DNA of 64,000 nucleotides from Oligoflexales bacterium (GTDB lineage Bacteria; Bdellovibrionota_B; Oligoflexia; Oligoflexales; Bog-1112): NCBI GenBank assembly GCA_045106415.1, contig JBGCEP010000027.1, positions 32,001 to 96,000 of the forward strand, read 5' to 3'. Shown piece by piece: positions 58,501 to 64,000 of this stretch (position 1 is its first letter; each line of letters starts with the position of its first letter). The notes under the pieces were generated by a model. It saw only the letters and a program-made list of their open reading frames with translations, ran no database searches and was not told where the DNA came from. The position numbers and the translations under genes were made by a program.

Positions 58501-58527
58501 TTATCGGCTCTTTCAAGAAAAAGATAA
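58501..58527 (-). promoter_or_regulatory. sigma28/FliA-like promoter
   Basis: TTAT-N15-GCCGATAA on the minus strand, about 30 nt upstream of ATG 58472. Confidence 0.55.
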
Positions 58528-58558
58528 AACTTAACAAATAGTGATTAATAACAGAGCC

Positions 58559-59830
58559 CTACATAAGGGAGTTTGGATTCAGTAAAGCGTCTCTCATCGC
58601 AGCTAAAAACTTAGCTCCACCCTCTCCATCCACTGCTCGATGATCAAACGTCACACCCATTTGACAAGTCGGGTGTATAACAATTTGATTATCCACAACT
58701 ACAGGCTTCTGCGTAATCGTCCCAATACTCAAAATACCAACTTGCGGCTGATTCAATATAGGCTGTGAATGTAAGCTTCCAAACATACCCGGGTTTGTCA
58801 CAGTAAAAGTCCCTCCTTGAGTTTCATGAGACTTGAGCCCACCGTCACGCGCTCTTTGCGCAAGGTCATTTAATGTCTGCGACATCTCTTCCAGGGTCAA
58901 TTCATCTGCTTTTTGAATAACGGGAACCACAAGCCCTTGAGGTGTTGCAACCGCACATCCAAGGCGAATTTCATCGTAATATAAAATATCCGTGCCATCG
59001 ACAGCCGCATTTAAGTCCTCTCGCTTTTTCAGCGCTACGGCTGCTGCTTTTAAAAACCAAGCCGTCCACGTCACTTTTATTGGAGATTTCGACCTTTGAA
59101 TACGAACAGCTTCCAAATCCATCTCAAACGTTGTCGTGACATGAGGAGCAATTTTTTCAGAATGCACCATGTGCTCTGCTGTCAAACGGCGCACTCGGCT
59201 CATTTCCTCCCGGCGGATCTTGACACCATTTAAATACTCATCCCCATCAATACGATCTACTTTTAGCCGCTCGACTTCAGCACGATACAGCTGAGGCCCT
59301 CCTGAAGAAGAGTCTTGGAGGTGGAGAAGAATATCATCGCGCACAATACGCCCTTCTGGGCCACTACCAATGATATCGCTCAGTGCCACTCCCTCGTCTT
59401 TCGCCAATCGGCGAGCAAGAGGCGTTGCTCTAACAGGACCTGCATATGAACCAGGTATTCTTACAGACGATGCAATACGGCCGACATCACGGGAGGAAGG
59501 TTCTTTTTTATTCTTCCTCCCGGCACCAGTCGCAGGCTGAGAATGGTGAAGGTTGGAAGGTTGAGGAGGATGATCATCACTCATAACGTCAGCAATCCAC
59601 GCCACTGCATCACCCACTTGAATCGTCTGTTCAGGATGGACGTATTGAGCAACAAGATACCCACCCTGGGTCGCTGATATCTCTGTATCAACTTTATCGG
59701 TCGAGACATCTAAGATAGCCTCTCCTTGCACAACTTTATCACCCACAGATTTTAACCAACGTGAAACCACTGCTTCTTGAACACCTTCTCCCATTGAAGG
59801 AAGGCGAGTTGCTTGCCCTTCTATTTCCAT
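58559..59830 (-). CDS. 2-oxoacid dehydrogenase E2 (dihydrolipoamide acyltransferase)
   Basis: Lipoyl 'STDKVDTE', E3-binding 'ATPLARRLA...G.GP.GRI...D', catalytic 'DHRAVDG'. GTG 59851 is an alternative start. Confidence 0.92.
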   Translation of the reverse strand: MEIEGQATRLPSMGEGVQEAVVSRWLKSVGDKVVQGEAILDVSTDKVDTEISATQGGYLVAQYVHPEQTIQVGDAVAWIADVMSDDHPPQPSNLHHSQPATGAGRKNKKEPSSRDVGRIASSVRIPGSYAGPVRATPLARRLAKDEGVALSDIIGSGPEGRIVRDDILLHLQDSSSGGPQLYRAEVERLKVDRIDGDEYLNGVKIRREEMSRVRRLTAEHMVHSEKIAPHVTTTFEMDLEAVRIQRSKSPIKVTWTAWFLKAAAVALKKREDLNAAVDGTDILYYDEIRLGCAVATPQGLVVPVIQKADELTLEEMSQTLNDLAQRARDGGLKSHETQGGTFTVTNPGMFGSLHSQPILNQPQVGILSIGTITQKPVVVDNQIVIHPTCQMGVTFDHRAVDGEGGAKFLAAMRDALLNPNSLM

Positions 59831-59847
59831 AGTTCTGCCCTCAGTTT

Positions 59848-61218
59848 TCACAGGTGAATAGCCCCCCCTAAACCAGCATGAGCGGCTTCTTGAATTGTTT
59901 CACTCAATGTAGGGTGCGGGTGAATAGCTTGCCCAATCTCTTCGAGTGTTGTTTCAAGCACTTTTCCTAAAACAAACTCAGAAATCATCTCCGTCGCTTT
60001 AGTCCCGACAATATGGACCCCCAAGAGCTCTCCATGTACAGGCTCTGAGAGTATTTTAATAAATCCTACAGTCGCTCCATCAATTTTCGCTTTTGCCATG
60101 GGTGCAAATGGAAATTGAGTCTTTTTGTACTCAACACCCAACTCTACAAGTTGTTTCTCAGTTCGTCCTACACTCGCGACCTCAGGATACGTATAAACAG
60201 CTGAAGGATTCGTATCGTAGTTGATACATTTCGGTTGATGCCCAGCCATAACTTCTACAGCATGCAAGGCCTCTGAAGAAGCTGTATGAGCCAATGCAGG
60301 CGTTGCAATGACATCACCAACAGCAAAAACTCCTGAGCAAGTTGTTCTATAACTTCGATCGACAGGAATAAATCCTCGCTCGGTATGTACACCTATCTTT
60401 TTTAAGTTCAATTCCTCAGTCACTGGTTCCCGCCCTATGGAAACCAAAACCTTATTGTATTGTGAGGTTTCCCCATCTTTTAATTTCAATTCACAACCGG
60501 TGTCATGTTCTCTCACAGCTTCAACTTGAACACCTGTTTTAATTTGGACACCTTGTTTTTTAAGCTGCCGAACAAGCTCTTTCGCGCATTCTTCATCTTC
60601 ACTAGGAATCACCTGTTCGCCCATCTCAAGAACATCAACAGCAGAGCCAAAGCGAGCGAAGATAGAAGCAAACTCTAAACCAACAACACCACCGCCAATC
60701 ACAGCCATTTTTTCAGGCACATGATCTAAAGACAAAATAGAATCTGACGTTAAAATATGTTTTCCCGTCGATATTGCAAAGGGTAATTCTCGAACTTTTG
60801 AGCCTGTGGCAATTAAAGTCTTCTCAGCCTTTAAAGTCTCTTCCCCAACTTGGATTGTTTTTGAATCCAAGAAAGAAGCGGCACCTTCAAAGACATCGAT
60901 TTTATTTTTCTTCATCAAAAAACGAAGGCCTTTTCGCTGTGCATCCACAACACCTTGTTTTTTATCCATAATTCTTTGCCAATCATACGCTGGAGTCCCA
61001 ATATCAAAACCTTCTTTTTCAATATCTTTTAACTTGCTCCACACTCTCGCTGATTCAACCAATGCCTTCGTCGGAATGCACCCTACATTTAAGCACGTTC
61101 CCCCTAAATGAGCTCTTTTCTCGATTAAAGCGACTTTCATTCCACATTGTGCAGCTCGAATAGCCCCAACTTCTCCAGCAGGCCCAGCACCAATCACAAC
61201 CAAATCATATATTTTCAT
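59848..61218 (-). CDS. lpdA: Dihydrolipoyl dehydrogenase (E3)
   Basis: GAGPAG, GGTCLNVGCIPTK, HPHPTLSE; true start ATG 61218. Confidence 0.95.
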   Translation of the reverse strand: MKIYDLVVIGAGPAGEVGAIRAAQCGMKVALIEKRAHLGGTCLNVGCIPTKALVESARVWSKLKDIEKEGFDIGTPAYDWQRIMDKKQGVVDAQRKGLRFLMKKNKIDVFEGAASFLDSKTIQVGEETLKAEKTLIATGSKVRELPFAISTGKHILTSDSILSLDHVPEKMAVIGGGVVGLEFASIFARFGSAVDVLEMGEQVIPSEDEECAKELVRQLKKQGVQIKTGVQVEAVREHDTGCELKLKDGETSQYNKVLVSIGREPVTEELNLKKIGVHTERGFIPVDRSYRTTCSGVFAVGDVIATPALAHTASSEALHAVEVMAGHQPKCINYDTNPSAVYTYPEVASVGRTEKQLVELGVEYKKTQFPFAPMAKAKIDGATVGFIKILSEPVHGELLGVHIVGTKATEMISEFVLGKVLETTLEEIGQAIHPHPTLSETIQEAAHAGLGGAIHL

Positions 61219-61466
61219 CTTTATTCTCCAGCGAGTACAGCATGTGTGCATAAAGAGGTTACCATCGTCACGCTGATTTAAAAAAGAAAACAACCCTCAT
61301 TTTCCACATCAGTCTCAAAAAAACCTATCAAAACAAAAACTTAAACAGACACTAGCTTTTGAGAAAGCTTTCTCAGAAAGATGAAATATAAACTCATGAG
61401 TCACTTTCTTGAGTTTTGTTTTCAAAGCTCCGATCCGTAGATGGAGATATAAAAGGAGAAAAAAAG

Positions 61467-62498
61467 TTGGCAGGTAAAAGCATCGTACTGCAAACCTCCC
61501 AAATGGTCTTTAAAGAAGGGGACCCATCAAACGGTATGTTCTTGGTACGCTCAGGGGAACTTGAAGTCTACCTTGAAAAGGATGGGAAAACGATCGTTCT
61601 AGCTTCAGTCGTAGCTGGTGGGATGATAGGAGAAATGGCTCTTTTCGATCAAAACCCTCGATCAGCATCTGTGCGAGCAACAACAACCTCTGAAGTCACT
61701 CATATTTCAAATGAAGACTTCTCAAAACTCATGAAACAAATTCCTAAGTGGTTTACATCCTTAATGGGGACTCTTTCAACAAGGCTCCGAGTCACAAACG
61801 ATCGACTCAAAGCAGTTGAAAACGCTACAGCCAACCCTGCTGATAATAGCTCTAGCTCCACAAAAGAATTAAGTGAAGAAAAACAAGGGAATAGTCTACA
61901 ACACGTTTTAAAGATGCTTTATATTTTTAACTTAATTATACATAAAGATGCTGTAAAGGAAGGGAAACACTGGCAGTTAGAACGACCAACTCTCAGTAAA
62001 AATATAGAATTGTTCTTTACTGATCAAATGAGAGAATTTAACAACATTATTTCAATACTAGAAGAGCACAATTTTTTACAACTCACGACAAATAGCTATA
62101 AAGTTGACATCATCGATATTGCCAACAAAGGCATCCTCAACCTCCTTATTGAATATATTTCCGATTTTCATAAAGCTGGGGGCGCAGCTCTGAGCTCTGA
62201 CGGGATTTTGCTTTTAAAATGCTTAGTTTCATATAGTAAAAAAGCAGGGTATGAGACCTTCACCGCATCTCTCCAAGAGTTGGCACTTGAAGCTAAATCC
62301 ATGGGGGTTGAAGACACCCCAGACTGGAAGAGTCAACTTCCTATATTTAAAATCATCCACCCAGAGCTCAAACTCACAAAGACATCAGATGGGAAACTTG
62401 GTATAAAAAGCACACCAAAAGCCATAGCAGAACTCATGAGTTACCACACAATCATGACAAAAACGCTCGAAGATCCAGAACCCAAAAATAACTCCTGA
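61467..62498 (+). CDS. Cyclic-nucleotide-binding domain protein (CRP-like N-terminus)
   Basis: 'FKEGD', 'IGEMALF...PRSASV.A'; TTG 61467 after aaggag. Confidence 0.8.
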   Translation: MAGKSIVLQTSQMVFKEGDPSNGMFLVRSGELEVYLEKDGKTIVLASVVAGGMIGEMALFDQNPRSASVRATTTSEVTHISNEDFSKLMKQIPKWFTSLMGTLSTRLRVTNDRLKAVENATANPADNSSSSTKELSEEKQGNSLQHVLKMLYIFNLIIHKDAVKEGKHWQLERPTLSKNIELFFTDQMREFNNIISILEEHNFLQLTTNSYKVDIIDIANKGILNLLIEYISDFHKAGGAALSSDGILLLKCLVSYSKKAGYETFTASLQELALEAKSMGVEDTPDWKSQLPIFKIIHPELKLTKTSDGKLGIKSTPKAIAELMSYHTIMTKTLEDPEPKNNS

Positions 62499-62532
62499 AT
62501 TTTAAAGAAAAAAATGAAACTCATCAATTCCA

Positions 62533-62561
62533 TTGACTCTCTGGATTGGTGTCGTTAGAAT
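62533..62561 (+). promoter_or_regulatory. sigma70 promoter of tig
   Basis: TTGACT-N17-TAGAAT. Confidence 0.7.
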
Positions 62562-62615
62562 TCGCCCTCATCCGCATTGTGAGCGGACTTAACGACCATC
62601 TCAGCGGAGAGTAAA

Positions 62616-63869
62616 ATGGAAGTCTCAGTTGAAGAACTCAACGAAGTTCAAAAGAAAATTCAAGTCAAATACCCTGAAAACACTGTTGGTGAATATTTTC
62701 AGAGTGCATACTCAAAGATTAGAGGACAAGCACGCATCAAAGGGTTTCGCCCAGGGAAAGCTCCTCTTTCTATGCTTCGCAACTCTCATGGTGATGCCGC
62801 TATTCAACTTGTCATGACCAAGATTCGCGAAGATATATCTACAATTGATTTTTATCAAAAACAAGATGTTGAGCCTTTCGGAACTCCAGCAATTTACATT
62901 GATAAAGACCCAAAAGAGGGTGAGGACTTTGAGTTTCACCTTATTGTTGACGTACCACCAACTTTCACACTGACAGATTGTGAAAACAAAGAAGTTGAGT
63001 GCCCTCAATATGATATTGATCTCGACGTTGAAGTCGACCAAGAGATCTCACGTAGAGCTCGCAACCAAGCCACACAAACACCAGTCGATGACAAAGAGCA
63101 AGGCGCTGAGAAAAATCACGCTGTAAGCCTCACTTGCCGTTTTTTAAATGACAAAGGTGACGTCATTAGCGAGCATGATGAGAAAAAACCCCTCGAAGCC
63201 ATTCTAGACGAGCAGTCTCACTTAGACCCATGGATCGTTGATGGCATTCTGGGTATGAAAGTTGGTGAAAACAAGACTCTTGACCACGAATATGAAGGCC
63301 AAAAGATCCAGCTGGAACTCGGACTTTTAAAAGTTTCGACACTCAATACACCACCTATTGATGACGAACTGGCGAAAGATCTAGGTTTTGAAAACCTTAA
63401 TGAAATGAAAAAAGACATCAAAGCTCGACTCGAAAAAGAACTCGAAAAAAGCAATGAGTCTCTCAAAAAAGAGTCTATTCGAGCTCATATTTTGAAAGAA
63501 CACCCATTCCAAGTTCCTCCTTCACTGGTTGACAATATTATCGACCACCGACTTTTAAGAATGGGTTATCCAAAAGACCAGCTTCAAAATAAAGAAATCC
63601 GTGAGCAACAGCTTACCCCAGCTCAAGAAGAAGCGCGCTTTCACTTCCTTGTCGCAGAACTTGGAAAAAAGCATAATTTAACACCAACAGAAGAAGCTAT
63701 CACCGAAGAGCTTACTCGCGCTGTTAAAGAAAACCCACAGCTTCAACAAGGCAACCAAACAGCTTTGATGCAAAACATTCAGTGGGATCTTCTCAGCAAA
63801 GCTATTTTTGACCACTTCGCTTCAACTCTTTCTTTCAAAATAGAAAAAATGGAACCAGAAGCTCCTTAA
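62616..63869 (+). CDS. tig: Trigger factor
   Basis: Ribosome-binding 'GFRPGKAP', FKBP-like 'G..GMKVGE', 'DDELAK..GF..L'. Confidence 0.9.
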   Translation: MEVSVEELNEVQKKIQVKYPENTVGEYFQSAYSKIRGQARIKGFRPGKAPLSMLRNSHGDAAIQLVMTKIREDISTIDFYQKQDVEPFGTPAIYIDKDPKEGEDFEFHLIVDVPPTFTLTDCENKEVECPQYDIDLDVEVDQEISRRARNQATQTPVDDKEQGAEKNHAVSLTCRFLNDKGDVISEHDEKKPLEAILDEQSHLDPWIVDGILGMKVGENKTLDHEYEGQKIQLELGLLKVSTLNTPPIDDELAKDLGFENLNEMKKDIKARLEKELEKSNESLKKESIRAHILKEHPFQVPPSLVDNIIDHRLLRMGYPKDQLQNKEIREQQLTPAQEEARFHFLVAELGKKHNLTPTEEAITEELTRAVKENPQLQQGNQTALMQNIQWDLLSKAIFDHFASTLSFKIEKMEPEAP

Positions 63870-63886
63870 AACGCTAGAAAAATCTT

Positions 63887-63920
63887 AAGAAGAGCCTCAT
63901 TTTTTGTTGAGGCTCTTCTT
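63887..63920. terminator. Bidirectional terminator after tig
   Basis: aagaagagcctca-N8-tgaggctcttctt. Confidence 0.8.
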
Positions 63921-64000
63921 TATGCACCGCCACTTCCAAAGCCCAGAAGACACTCTTTATGTATCAAAGCTAAAGACTCAATCTGCCACTTAGAATGATT
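63920..64000 (-). CDS. Possible 3' end of a convergent gene running off the window
   Basis: Open minus frame ...NHSKWQIESLALIHKECLLGFGSGGA*, ending at the terminator. Confidence 0.3.
   Translation of the reverse strand, partial: NHSKWQIESLALIHKECLLGFGSGGA

Noticed and set aside
62499..62615. tRNA expected upstream of tig
   Set aside because: No cloverleaf or T-loop GTTCRA/CCA pattern; only a sigma70 promoter and short leader.

Overview
Gene-dense, AT-rich bacterial chromosomal segment with about 55 CDS. I saw no tRNA/rRNA, CRISPR array, integrase, transposase or phage genes. Gene content and style suggest, by inference only, a Bdellovibrionota/Oligoflexia-like or former-deltaproteobacterial genome. 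Housekeeping genes (ung, recJ, rplX, cysS, greA, tyrS, menG/ubiE, lpdA plus an E2 subunit, tig, prc, dsbD, rluD-like, yejABE-like, two sthA paralogues) are interleaved with many secreted or signalling hypotheticals. Highlights: (1) A stand-alone membrane protein that looks like a natural FliF-FliG fusion, with duplicated periplasmic ring-building-like domains and charge-altered torque residues, far from any flagellar gene. (2) An adjacent pair of signal-peptide-bearing enzymes, one with an H-Y-type ADP-ribosyltransferase-like motif and one with an intact Fic motif. (3) A possible morphogenesis operon: MinD/FlhG-like ATPase, HPD-less J-domain/RodZ-type HTH protein, and a Csd6/Bd1075-like L,D-peptidase. 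(4) Two catalytically dead ImmA/IrrE-like proteins. (5) A sensor-less cytoplasmic phosphorelay operon. (6) Recurrent sigma28/FliA-like promoters in front of non-flagellar genes. (7) An orphan rplX. All assignments are by-eye motif recognition; no searches were run.
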